Below, piece after piece: positions 12,304-25,358 of a stretch of DNA of 64,000 bases. The notes beneath the pieces are model-generated. The model was given only the letters and a program-made list of their open reading frames with translations. It searched no databases and was not told the origin of the DNA. Origin of the DNA: Octopus sinensis. Lineage: Eukaryota. Location: assembly GCF_006345805.1 (NCBI RefSeq), contig NC_043020.1, positions 24,552,001 through 24,616,000 of the forward strand, in the 5' to 3' direction. The position numbers and the translations under genes were made by a program. Within the stretch, counting starts at the first letter, position 1, and each line of letters starts with the position of its first letter.

Positions 12304-12809
12304 GAGGTATGTGTATATGCGCATGAGAGAGGTATGTGTATATGCGCATGTATGTGTTAGTGTGTGTGTGTGCATTCGGGTTTGTGTGTGGCGTTCGCGT
12401 ATGTGTGTCAGCGTATGTTTGAAGAAAGCACATATTATAAAGAAAAATGGGGGGGGCGGTCTAATAATAGTTATGGTGTTGTAGTTGTTGTTGTAGTTGG
12501 TGGTGGTGGTGGTTGTAGGAGATGATAATGTGTTGGTGATTTGAGACGGCGGGGTGGGATGGATTATGACGATGCATGGTTGAACTCGTATTGGGCGTCA
12601 TTGTTGGGATGATCCGGTAGAATGGGATGCCGATGCATATTGTAACGGTGGAGGTGGTCATCGTCGTAACATAGTATTGGTGGTAGTGGACTTAAGGGTT
12701 GAGCAGGAGGCGGGGTTGGGAGTCAGGTGGAAACGTTTTATAAGAACATTAACAGCAATATTTGTAGAAAAACTAACGAAAGTAAAAACGAAATGATCGC
12801 TTTTACTCT

Positions 12810-12960
12810 CAGCCACGAGGCTTCAAATTTTGGGGTACTTATTTTATCGACCTCGAAGGGATGGAAGGTGAACTCAACTTCGGGGGAATTTGAACTCAGA
12901 TGGCAGATACGGACGAAATGCCGCCAAGCATTTTGCCCGATGTGCTAACGATTCTGCCAA
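12810..12960 (-). mobile_element. SINE family C, partial
   Basis: ttatcgacctcgaagggatgg...gaatttgaactcag...aacgattctgcc. Confidence 0.75.
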
Positions 12961-13609
12961 CAGCAACAGCAGCGTTTGTTTCGCGGTGGGGTGATATATT
13001 TATCAGGTACATGAACACAGGGGAGGACGACGACGATGACGACGACGAACAGGATGGTGGGAAGAGGAGGAGGAGAAGGAGACAGAAGATGAGGAGGAAG
13101 GGAAAACAACAAAGAAAACAAAATATACCGAGAAAAAGGCAAATTTTAAAATCGCAATTCCATTTGACGATGTGAATATTCTAGAATGTTTTTCGTGTTT
13201 ATTTTGACGATGTTTTTGTTGAGGTGGTTGTTGTTATTAGTCATGTGCTCCAGAATAGACTTCTAAACGCAGTTGTAAGGATTAGCAACAACATCATATA
13301 ATAACCATCGTCACCATGATCAGCATCATCCTAAAAGCGATTGCCATCATCGCCACCACCACCACCACCACCACCACCACCCTCATCGTACATCTGTTTT
13401 TTAACAACGTTTCCTTTTATCCAATGTCCAGCTGTTGTGTGTCTTTCAACGATTCAGTCCGTCGATCATTAGCCAGACCTTTGTTCATATAGACTGCTGT
13501 ACATACACATACAGTCCGACACACGGAGATATGAAAAGCATGCTCTTACACAGAAGCACACACACGCACAGGTGTGTGCAAGATGTCTATGAAGTATATA
13601 CATATGAAG

Positions 13610-13715
<106 letters not shown>

Positions 13716-13885
13716 ATGGAGTAGTATGTATTCGTATAGACATGTATATGTGTGTGTTTAGAGAAAGAGAAATATTCGCATATATACTAGTATAGGGAAA
13801 TATTTATGGAAGCATATGTCTGTACTTACACACACTCATGGTTGGACAGATAGATGGACAGAAAGAAAGACAGACAGACAGACAC

Positions 13886-13927
<42 letters not shown>

Positions 13928-13936
13928 GGACGGACG

Positions 13937-13972
<36 letters not shown>

Positions 13973-13985
13973 CACAGACATACAC

Positions 13986-14018
<33 letters not shown>

Positions 14019-14231
14019 TAGATAGATAGATAGATAGATAGATAGCGGTACAATTTTCAGAGAAGGAAGACGAAATAAAAAAAAAGAAGAGAGCTGTACC
14101 ATACTAGTCAGCTACAGTTATGTAGACTGAAACAACGCGAAACGATGAGGTATGTTCAAACAGGAAAATAGCTGTCGAAAAGTAAATAAATATACGAGTG
14201 TTATTTTCAATCGGCAGAAGATACGCAGTGA

Positions 14232-14316
14232 TTCAAGAGTCGGGAGTTTCGTGCTGAGCACTTAAAACTGAGAACTAGTTTGATTATGGCCAAGCACGAA
14301 ACTCTCGATTCTTGAA
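14232..14316. repeat. 24-bp inverted repeat hairpin
   Basis: ttcaagagtcgggagtttcgtgct / agcacgaaactctcgattcttgaa, 37-nt loop. Confidence 0.8.
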
Positions 14317-14867
14317 ACTACTTTTGTAACACTGCCAATTAAAAATAAAATTACACACACTGATAGATAGGTAGATGAGCAAATATTACAATAGATAAAC
14401 AAACACATACACCCAGAACACACACACACTATTACACTTTAACAACCACATATGCAGTCACACAAAAGAAATGAAATATGTATATAATTAAACAGCAAGG
14501 GAGACAATTATTGGTTATGCAACAAACTGCATGAATACCGTACACCGCAGATAAACAGCTTCACAACAATGCAGGTTAAAATGGCGGATGAACAGAAATT
14601 TGATGCTTCGCTAATTCCAAGATGGCGAATTTATTTTGTTCAGTTGATGCCTTTCGTGTTCAATAGCGTAACATCCGTTTGGCCACAGTGTGACAATATG
14701 TCTTTTGTTAAAATATTAACTGCGTCAAACGTTCAAATACTTTTGTGAATGCTTATGTGTTCTGCTGTATGTGTGTATGTTTGTGTGTACGTGCGTAAGT
14801 GTTTGAGTGTATGTATGTTGGTATTTAGGTTTGTGCATATATGAGGAAAGAGAAGATATATATATAT

Positions 14868-14928
<61 letters not shown>

Positions 14929-16196
14929 CTAATGTATATATGTATTGAAGTGAGTGCAGTTACATACAGAGATACAAACACACATACAAACAAATACATA
15001 CGCATGCATAAACCATGCATACATACGTACACACATACATGCATACTTGCAAACATACACACACACTCATACATAAGTACGTATGGCGAATCATCATAGG
15101 TCTTACAGCGTTGGATTTTAAAGCCAATCATCCTGACTCTCTACGTTGTGAGTTCAAGTCTCGGCTTCGTCTATTTTGCATTTAACCCTTTCAGTGATTG
15201 TTAAAGTATTTCCTAGCTAAGGCGGTGGTTTAGTAGAACAGACCGAAAACCTGGCAAGAGACCTTGCAGTGCCACTTCCATACAGTGTGAATGTAAGGCT
15301 TGCAACGGCTATGCTGCCATACAGTACCGACACCAAAGCGACGGCCTTTTGCGTCGACAGCGTCGGTGGCGTGGAGATGAGACACATGCGTGGATGGCCA
15401 ACTGCTAGTTTTCATGAAATGATCTTCAACAGGCCTGTACAAACTTTCGCAGATGCATGGGCAAACTTGATCGACAAAGACGTGAAAATATATATCAATG
15501 TATGTATGTATCTGTGTGTGTATGTATGATCTGTTTATCTCTGTATCTGAGTTCGTTTATATATAATATATATATTTATGTATGTGTATATATGCATATA
15601 TATATATATGCGTGTGCATGTGTGTATATTTGTGTATATATATATATATGTGTGTCTATGTATGTGTATATATATATATATATATGTATTTATATGTGTA
15701 TGTATATATATATGTATACATACGTGTATAAATACGTATATATATATGTATATGTGCATATATGTATGTGTGTGTATATATGTATATATATGTGTATAAA
15801 TATATGTATATAAATGTAGATATATGTATATATATATATTCAGGGAGATGGAGCTGAGTTTAGCTCCGAATGTTTACCGTTCCGTTCGTTGACCGTTCTA
15901 ATTCCACAGAGAGGCATCGAGGTCAGTTTTGTAGGAGTCTTTTAGAAGTTCACTGTTATGAGATTTCTACAATACAACAACAACAACAACACCGTTCACC
16001 ATGTTGACTAGTTTGGTAATGGAGTGAAAGAAGGAGATGCGTTTCGCTTCACGTCAGTGATTTTGTTTTCTCTTTCGGCTTCGCATTGATGTTTCAATAA
16101 ACTTGTAGCATTTAATATTGTTATATAGCTAGAACGCTTTACATCAGACTCGGGGTTCCAATCCAACAGGTGACGGTAAAATTTCACACACAAACG

Positions 16197-16261
<65 letters not shown>

Positions 16262-16273
16262 GGCATATATTTC

Positions 16274-16428
16274 AGGTGCTGTGTGGTAAGTAGCTTGCTT
16301 ACCAACCACATGGTTCAGGGTTCATTCCCACTGCGTGGCACCTTGGGCAAGTGTCTTCTAATATAGCATCAGGCTGACCAAAGCCTTGTGAGTGGATTTG
16401 GTAGACAAACTGAAAGCAGCCTGTCGTA

Positions 16429-16504
<76 letters not shown>

Positions 16505-16720
16505 TATGTGTGTGTATGTGTGTGTGTGTGTTTGTCCCCCAACATCGCATGACAACCGATGGTGGTGTGTTTACGTCCCCGTAACGTAGCAGTTCGGCAA
16601 AAGAGACCGATAAATTAAGTACTAGGCTTACAAAGAATAAGTCCTGGCGTCGATTTGCTCGATCAAAGGCGGTGCCCCAGCATGGACGCAGTCACATGAA
16701 TGAAACAAGTAAAAAAGCGA
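16274..16720 (+). mobile_element. SINE family A (tRNA-derived, CORE-like; resembles octopus OR-type SINEs), full length
   Basis: gtgtggtaagtagcttgcttaccaaccacatggttcagggttca...ccttgggcaagtgtctt...[(TA)n(TG)n]...gaaacaagtaaaa; many homologous copies in this window. Confidence 0.85.
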
Positions 16721-16734
16721 TATATATATATAAT

Positions 16735-17060
16735 CTTTTATCTTTTACTTGTTTCAGCCATTAGACTGCGGTCATACTGGGGCACCACATTGACAAACCT
16801 TTTCTTAAGCGTAGTGCTTATTCTATCGGTTCTTTTGCCAAGCCTCTAAGATACCGGGACGTAAATATACCAGCAATAGTTGTCACACACACGCACGTAA
16901 CGGGCTTCTTTAGGTTTCCGTCTGCCAAACTCACCCAGAACACTTTGGCCGGCTCGAAACCATATTTGAAAACATTGGCCCAAAATGTCACATCGTGGGA
17001 CTGAACTCGGAGCCATGTAATTGAGAAGCAAGTATTTTATCAGACAGCCACTCCAACGCC
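16735..17060 (-). mobile_element. SINE family A, inverted copy
   Basis: Reverse-complement homology to 16274-16720. Confidence 0.8.
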
Positions 17061-17299
17061 CATTTATTAAAAAGGCTTTATGTTTTTATTCCATCATCGT
17101 TCATTAAATCTTCTAGTTGTGTATCAGGTTCTCATATTTCGATCGGAACACTAAAGATCTCAAATTCATATTTATCGTTAGCATTTCTCGTCAATCACAG
17201 CGGCATCAGACTGTAGAGACAGTTTGACCCCTGTTCTGTCCTTATTAAAGAGGATCCCTTATATTTATACACACCTTTCTGCCAGAAATTGACCGTCTG

Positions 17300-17528
17300 C
17301 GGCGAGCTGGCAGAATCGTTAGCACGCCGGGCGAAATGCTTACCGGTATTTCGCCTGCCGCTACGTTCTGAGTTCAAATTCCGCCGAGATCGACTTTGCC
17401 TTTCATCCATTCAGGGTCGATGAAATAAGTACCAGTTAGGCACTGGAGTCGATATAATCGACTTAATCCGTTTGTCTGGCCTTGTTTGTCCTCTCTGTGT
17501 TTAGCCCCTTGTGGGCAATAAAGAAATA
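17300..17528 (+). mobile_element. SINE family C, full length, 16-bp TSD
   Basis: agaaattgaccgtctg at 17284-17299 and 17529-17544. Confidence 0.9.
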
Positions 17529-20310
17529 AGAAATTGACCGTCTGAGAGTCAATGTCCTACATCGTTAGATTTGCATTTATGATGCGTGTATTGTCGTATG
17601 TTAATTGTAGCCCTGTGTTACAATATTAGTATTGCTTCCATATGGAATATTGTATTGCTGAAGTATTTCATAATATGTGGACATAACAGTTATTTTTAAC
17701 CATCTGCTTTTGTTTAAAAGTATGCGCGCGCGCGTGTGTGTGTATTATGCTATGGTCGATCCTTGTTTTAATGCGCTATATATATCTGTATATATAAAAT
17801 ATGGATATTAAAACTGTAAGATTATATTTATTTTGAGAAATTCGTTCCTGTAAGAGATAATAATGGGACGCAAAAATATTTGTAATAAAGGAGATAAAAT
17901 TCATAAGAGACTCTAGTTATTTCTATTGTGTTGCAATCATTTGTAGGAACATAATGTAGAAATATTTTGACACCTGCCTACGGAAACCTAACATGTCAAG
18001 CCGTTTATAGTACTCGTTGTCATTTTGAAATAATACCAATAATTTCTCTTTTCAATATTACAGAGGAAATGTTAAGGAAAACAGCTCGGTACATTTGGGA
18101 TAGCATAAACAATGGATTGGACTTCTGGATTTAATAGCCCCAGATCTTGTTTCTTCAGAAAACCAAGTATGTTTGGTGAGGCTTATGGCAAATTTTGCTC
18201 GAGCTTTCCTTAAATAGAGAAATCTGTCGATAAAAGCGATTCTACGTAATTCTCGAGCAGGTTGTTTTAATTCCCAGAGGCGCAGTTGTGTTTTCAGTGT
18301 GGGCTTTAGCAGAATATATAAAAGCTTCCGAAAGACCATTGATGTTAAGTGGACAATTGCTTTGCGCAATGAAGTTTTTAAGTGGTGAAAAAGTTAACGT
18401 TACATTTATTAGCAAACAGAATATCTTCAATAATTTTCCTGTTTGTAAATGCCGATGACATATATGGTTTATTGAAAAGCCATTGAGTCGAAGTCACTAA
18501 CAATACGTACTTGAAAGTTTAAACCGTAGACTGGATTATACCTCATGATATTCTATGATGTAGTTTTACATGCACAAACATAAGTATGACAGGTGTAGCG
18601 TCTTTCTTCAATGACGCAACTGTTTAGAAGTGTCCCGTTTTAATGAGTGGAGTAAACGAATGTGTCCTTATCTGAAGATAGAAGAGATGCAGGTTTTCCA
18701 GTGACGTGTAGGGACTAGCTTTCTTAAAATGCTTGGGGAGCTTTGAATCCTAGTTTATATAAAATGTCCTTTCTTTACTTTTGTAAAGCTTAACAATGAA
18801 GTTTATTTCTTATAATAAAAACAATGAATTCTCTAAATCTATATGCTGCTCATAACCATTTATGTAAAGGATCCATAAAGCAAAGTTCGTACGAATTGTA
18901 CGGACCTTGAAAGACGTGACGAGAACGCACAACCACACAGTCCCCCACCAACACCACACACAGGTATACAAAGACATATAATAGTGTGTAGTTCTTTATT
19001 ATCTTAAAACTGATTCTCGTTCTCAGAGATAACAGTGTTAGCTACAAAGATACACAAAACATTAACAATAAAGAAAAAAATAAAAATAAAAGGAAATCAC
19101 GCAGAAACAAAACAATAAAAAATGAACACCAATAAAAAGAATAACAAAATGCATTAAGTGATGCTGTATAATTTTAACCTGATGACCTGCGGCACAGATT
19201 TTGACTTATCAATATTACAGATCTTAGTGACCCTGTGAACTACAAAGGGACAATAAACGTCGATTTCCTTAAACGATAGAATCACATGATAACAGGATGC
19301 ACACACACACACACACTACACTACACACTTGTGTAGTATGTACATGCGTGTACATTCGTATTTCTCTGTGTGTATATGTATATACATATGTGTGTGTGTG
19401 TGCGCGCGCGCGCAAACACATACATTATATATCAAGTAACAGGGATTTATAAACCCTGGCAGATATCTTGTGAGCATTCAGTGGCAAACCTTGTTAACTA
19501 CGTAAAATAATCGAAGACGGTTAAATCCAAACAGAATTTACATCCACGGTAACACACACACACACACACACACACATTCCCACACACGCGCGTTCGAGCG
19601 TGTGTGTGTTTGTGTCGATAGGTAGAAAAAGAGAGATCAATAATATGGATAGATGTACATTGCATATTGTTGTATTGGTTTCATATAATGATTCAGCGTT
19701 TCAGGAACGGATAAAATATGCACCGATCGAATGCTTGTATCGATGTAGTCGACTAATCACACCTCCATCACTACGCCTCTTCAAATGATTATCGTCGTGC
19801 CAAAATTTGTTACCGTCTACCAAATCTACTCACAAATGTTTGGTCAGCCCCAAGACCATAGTAGAAAATACTTGCCTAAGGTTCTGCGCAGTAGGACTGA
19901 ACCCGGAACTATTTGCTTGCAAAGAAAACTTCTTATAAGAAACATTTCGTGAGACGGTCTTCGTATTTTGCCAAAAAGTTGGGTTTTTTTTAAATCAAAA
20001 ATTATTGATTATGTTTAAATAAGGTTTAAAAACGAAAGGCAGAGTAGCATCTAACCGATGACAGAGATGGGTAGAATTACTCTTATGCAAATAAGAACAT
20101 AAATTTCTTACGTATATTTTATGCGTTTAAAAAAAATGAAGAGAGCGCAAGGGCTTCGTCATATCTCTCTTCCATCACGTCTAAGTTAATGTTTTAAATA
20201 TTATATATATATATATATAATTAACATTTTTTTTATTAAACCTTTTTTTCTAATACACGCGCACGCATACCCACACACACTATATATATATTATATATAT
20301 ATAATATATA

Positions 20311-20364
<54 letters not shown>

Positions 20365-20414
20365 TACATATATATATACAAACATATATATATATACATA
20401 CAAACATATATACA

Positions 20415-20503
<89 letters not shown>

Positions 20504-20506
<3 letters not shown>

Positions 20507-20730
20507 CAAAATTTAGAGGAATGACCACTAATAGTGGATAGCCTGTATACTAGAAATAGAAGTCAAACTCACCATTTACCACGAAGAATGTGTTCTCAAG
20601 AAAAAATTCAGCAAAAAACCAAAGAGTAAAAATAAACAAGACAAATTCTTCGTGGTAAATGGCGAGTTTGACGTCTATTTCTAGCATACAGGCTGTCCAC
20701 TATTAGTGGTCATTCCTCTAAATTTTGTAT
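20504..20730. repeat. Fold-back element (MITE-like)
   Basis: 86-bp arms 20504-20589 and 20645-20730 with about 4 mismatches. Confidence 0.9.
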
Positions 20731-20884
20731 GTATAAAAATGTTTAATCTTCGGATTTTTTAAAATATGTTAGGCCACTGGTTTCAATTGATTAATAGCAA
20801 TTTCTATATATAATTTAATTATATATATATATATATATATTTCTATATATAATTAATTATATATATATATATATATATATAATA

Positions 20885-21350
20885 ATAAATATTAGGGAAT
20901 AAATCCAAATTTACAGGGAAAAAATCAGATTTAGGATTAAATCCAATTTTATAGTAAAATATTATAAAATATTATTAGAGACAAAACCACTATTTTGCAA
21001 AACAAACAAGGAAAGACTTAATCAATACATAAAATTTTAATAAATAGTCAAAAAAACCGCCACTACAATTGTTTCTTGTCTTGATCGACAATCTTCAGGT
21101 GGACTTCCAATAAGTCAGTTTATATATGCTTTTATTAGAACTGTAAAATTTTCACAAAACTGTTATTCAGTGTTTCACGCTACCGTACGTCGGATAGTTG
21201 TGATGAATACCGTCTGCCGAACGGGAACTTGAAACTCTGAGTAACAGTTTCATGAAGATTTTGAAGCTTTAATAAAAGCATATTACTTTACCTTAGATAT
21301 TCGAGTACTATTTTTCCACATTGTTTTGTATTTATGCGCTTTCTCGTCTG
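20885..21350 (-). mobile_element. Probable Penelope-like non-autonomous element or pLTR fragment carrying the hammerhead
   Basis: AT-rich block between (TA)n tracts containing the 21060-21102 hammerhead. The family assignment is inferred from the ribozyme type only. Confidence 0.4.
21060..21102 (-). ncRNA. Minimal type I hammerhead ribozyme, intact core
   Basis: Minus strand: CCAC CUGAAGA UUGUC GAUCAA GACAA GAAAC AAUU GUA GUGG. Stem I CCAC/GUGG, core CUGANGA and GAAA, stem II 5 bp, stem III AC/GU with palindromic AAUU loop, GUA cleavage triplet. Confidence 0.8.
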
Positions 21351-21575
21351 TATATATCTATCTATCTATCTATCTATATATATATATATATATACATGTC
21401 GCGGTCTCAAAGCGACGAAAATATTTTGACAAATTAAATTTAAATCTTGAAGTGAATCTAACGGTTTTTGTGTGTTTCTAAAATAGCTTATAAACACCTT
21501 CCATGCTGCAATTGTTTTCGTTCCAGCTAACGATCTCAGATCAGGTCACCTGCTATGCAAGTACATCTCCGTAAC

Positions 21576-21608
<33 letters not shown>

Positions 21609-22289
21609 GTTCAAATTTATAGAAAAATTCAAGACGAAGACAAGTGTAGGAACAAGTGCATTACTTTGACGCTGGGGAAAAAAAAATTATTTTACTATTC
21701 TCCTCTTCGCTCTTCAACAGAAAGGAATAAGTGAAAATAAATAGAGAGAATGAAAATAAAGTGTAGAGTTTAACGGTCCAATATGTAGAATGATTGGGGA
21801 AAAAAAGAGGTTGAATGAAAGGGAGATAACAATGGTGGTGATCCCAACAAACTAACATACATAAACACACATACACCTACATTAATATATCTACAAGTAT
21901 ACTGAGTTAAGATTCTGGTTAAAACCTGGTAGAATGCTATGCAAACCTCGTCCAGAGTTGTTCACTTCCTAATGTCAACAGAAAATGGAAATGCTCCTGC
22001 AACTCACTATACATCAAGAACACCAACCATTATAGCCGTAGACTTTATACAAATACTTAAGTGACAGAAAATGGAATACCCAACACTTTATTTAATATAG
22101 TGTCGTTCATTCCATTTTCTATCATTTACTTACATATATAGATATATACACAAACACAAGTATGAGACTAACGTAGGTCCCGTTGTTTCAAGAGTCACAA
22201 CTTTCCTAAAACGCTTGATACATCTCGAAGGAACAACTATCCTCAGACGAAAGCCGTGAGTCTTGAAACAATTCTTTCTGTCTTTTTTA

Positions 22290-22647
22290 TTCTTTTACTT
22301 GTTTCAGCCATTTGACAGTGGCCATGCTGGAGCACCGCCTTTTAATCGAAGAAGTCGACTCCTGGACTTATTCTTTCGGTCTCTTCTGCCGAACCGCTAA
22401 GGGACGGGGATATAAACACACCAACATCGGTTGTCAAGCAATGGTGGGGTGGGGAAGAACACAGACACACAAACATATATATATATACGACGGGCTTCTT
22501 TCATTTTCCGTCTACCTAATCCACTCACAAGGTTTCGTCGGCCCGAATCTATAATAGAAGACACTTGTCCGAGCTGCCACGCAGTGGGACTGAACCCGGA
22601 ACCATGTGGTTGGGAAGCAAGCTGCTTACCACACAGACATGCCTGCG
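22290..22647 (-). mobile_element. SINE family A, full length
   Basis: cttttacttgtttcagccatttgac...ccacacagacatgcctgcg. Confidence 0.85.
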
Positions 22648-23334
22648 TAAGATTTCTATTTAAATTTCACGTAAATTCTCATTTTTTTTATTACATACAT
22701 TGTCCTCCGTTTCATCACGGGTCTTCTCGTTCTTTACAATAAAAATGTCATATTTAAAGATTACACACACACACACACACACACAATTATATACAAAGAT
22801 TCCTGCAGACGAACATAACCATGTTCTAAATTTCCTGCTTCCTTCCTTCCTTTCTTATACATAAAACTCATCATCTTGTCGTTCACTCCCTCTCTCCCTC
22901 CCTCACCTCTCTTTCACGCTTTAGTCTATCTTTCCTTCTCTCTTTTGTTCACACATTCCCTCTCCCTCGCTCTCTTCAGCTCACCCCCATCTCCTGTCTT
23001 CCGAAAGGACCCTATTTCCTCCACTTGACATCATGTGACATCTGATTGATGATCGTCTTAGAAATTAAAATTACACACACACACACGCACACAAATTAAG
23101 CTGCGGCAAGGTCACCCCCTACATTTTACATTTCGATAATTCTCAAGGGTCTTCTTGCCTCCCACCCAACAAAATCTCACGTCCCGTTTTTCCTCCCACG
23201 CCCTCCATCCCTAATATCTAACAAATACCCCTCCCCCTCCCCAACTATTCGCATCCACACATCCGGTTATAAATTAGACAAGGTCACAAGGTTAATTGGT
23301 AGAAGTGTTGTTAGGTCACCGAACAAAAATATAG

Positions 23335-23530
23335 TCTTTTCTTTTCTACTCTAGGCACAAGGCCTGAAATTTTGTGGGAAGAGACCAGTCGATTAGATCG
23401 ACTCCAGTACGCAACTGGTACTTAATTTATCGACCCCGAAAGGATAAAAGCCAAAGTGGACCTCGGCGGAATTTGAACTCAGAACGTAAAGACAGACGAA
23501 ACACCGCTAAGTATTTCGTCCGGTGTGATG
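23335..23530 (-). mobile_element. SINE family C
   Basis: tttttctactctaggcacaaggcctgaaat...ggcggaatttgaactcagaacg. Confidence 0.8.
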
Positions 23531-24130
23531 AACAAAAATATATTGCAATATTTAGCTACGACCATCGACGTTCTGCGTTCGAATCACATTCAAAGCAACT
23601 TTTCTTTTGCTTTCTTTTTTTTTTCAGAATGAATAACATAAAATACTACTCACGCATTGGTAGTTCGTGAAATTTAAGTCAATATATAAAAATTAATTCT
23701 AGAATCTGCAGTTAGATCTACATTAGAAGATCATAGGAGAAATGTTAATATAACCGAGTATAGAAGAACTTTTTGGTAATCAGGCGGGGAAGCACTATTG
23801 AGCTTTCTGGTGCTGATTCAATCTTGTACGTCTTTGATCGTCAGTCAGCTATTACTGAGCAGCCTGTTTTATAAATTCTATTTGTGTTTTATGATAAATT
23901 ATGTAAATATCTATGTAAATGCCTACTACTGGGCAACGGCTGAGCAAATTTGAGCCTCAGCAAACTATTCATCTGTAGCCCTGCGGTCTAGCAACGATTC
24001 CGTGACACTCAGCATCAGAAAACCAATAGTACTGGTCAAAAATTTGTCGATGTGGTCGTAGCAAGGCTGCGATATTTTGGCCATATAACGCAGAACAGGT
24101 ATGCTAGTGTCACAATAGTAATGACCATAA

Positions 24131-24166
<36 letters not shown>

Positions 24167-24279
24167 GATTATACGATGGACTCACCCGTCGTTAGGTGAC
24201 GTATGGGGGTTCGGGAATTTCTTATCGAACAACCACACAAATGATTTGTTTATAGTGATCAAATGTTTGGGTAGACATA

Positions 24280-24478
24280 AGCTCACTCCCTCCTTTAGAT
24301 CGATAATACCTGTACAGGTGCAACTGGGTGTCACATGTCAGATGACGAAAGGATCTCAGAACAACGTGAAATGAAGTGCTTTGCTGAAGAGCACAACGCA
24401 ACGCCCGGTCTGGGAATCGAACCCAAGATCTCGCAATCGTGCGTGCAACACCTTAACCACTGAGCCATGCCTCTTCAC
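24280..24478 (-). mobile_element. tRNA-derived SINE 5' part, minus strand
   Basis: gggaatcgaaccc...ccttaaccactgagccatgcc are reverse-complemented B and A boxes. Confidence 0.65.
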
Positions 24479-24714
24479 ACATATTATATTCATATATGCC
24501 AATAATACTTAAGTTATATACGACAATATGATGTAATAAGATATGTATGACAATGTAGTTGTTGTAGTGGTCAAGCTATGGGTTCGGTGTACTTCTTTCG
24601 CTCTGGGGACAGAAAGGGATAAGGGAAGGAGCTAGAGAATTCCCTAACTCTGAAGAGATGTTCTAGTCTTTGCTATAAGGCTTTAAGAATGTTATGAGTG
24701 AAAGGTCATGTGAA

Positions 24715-25032
24715 TGCGTGTGGCTTAGTGGTTAAGGGTATTCGGATCATGACCCTAAGGTTGTGAGATCGATTCCTGGCTGCGTGTTGTGTCAGCAAGA
24801 CAATTTATTCCACGTTGCTTCAGTCCATTCAGCTGGCAAAAGTGAGCTGTACCTGTAATTCAAAAGGGGCCAGTCTTGTCACATTTTGTATTGCGCAGAT
24901 TCTTTCTGAGAACTAGGTTAAGGATATTCCTGTCTATGGAATACTCAGCCACATGCACGTTAATTTCATGGTCAGGCTGTTCCGTTGATCGGATCAACTG
25001 GAACCCTCGTTGTCGTCATCGGCGGAGTACCA
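24715..25032 (+). mobile_element. SINE family B
   Basis: gtgtggcttagtggttaagggtattcgg...cagctggcaaaa...cggagtacc. Confidence 0.8.
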
Positions 25033-25298
25033 GTTTTATCATAAGGTCACTATCAATAGGTCGCCTTAACAGATGCAGGACCAACATTTGCTGTCACCCT
25101 GAAGGTTATGCGTGCTGTAAAATAGTAAAATAAAGCTCTACCCTAACATTTGGATATTAATCAGGGATGGTCATGGGTGAAACGCATAAAGTTGCCGGAT
25201 CAGGTTTGATATTTAGCTTTAAACCGGCAGTGGCAAGAACAAAATCCATCGGCTAAAATGTGAAACCGAAAAGATAATACAGGAGAAAATAGTCTTAC

Positions 25299-25358
25299 CG
25301 TGAACTGTGTTACTAGAAACTCTGGTGTTGGAAGAAAAAAGTTAGCAGCGGTACTTAC
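25299..25358 (-). other. Candidate recursive splice site plus 60-nt RS-exon or short exon
   Basis: Minus strand reads ttttgtttctatttttctcttttttctag|GTAAGTaccgctgctaac...cagttcacg|GTAAGAct. Strong polypyrimidine tract, AG at 25360-25359, GTAAGT starting at 25358, second donor GT at 25298-25297. Confidence 0.55.

Noticed and set aside
18058-18430. 103-aa minus-strand ORF in unique sequence
   Set aside because: No recognisable motif or splice sites; length compatible with chance.
22243-22285. Hammerhead-like CAGACGA-AAG...CUU-GAAAC-AAUU
   Set aside because: U4 is mutated, with no helix III closure or stem I.
23545-24075. MITE with TIR gctacgacca(c)atcgac
   Set aside because: Only about 16 bp of imperfect inverted match and no TSD identified; left uncalled.
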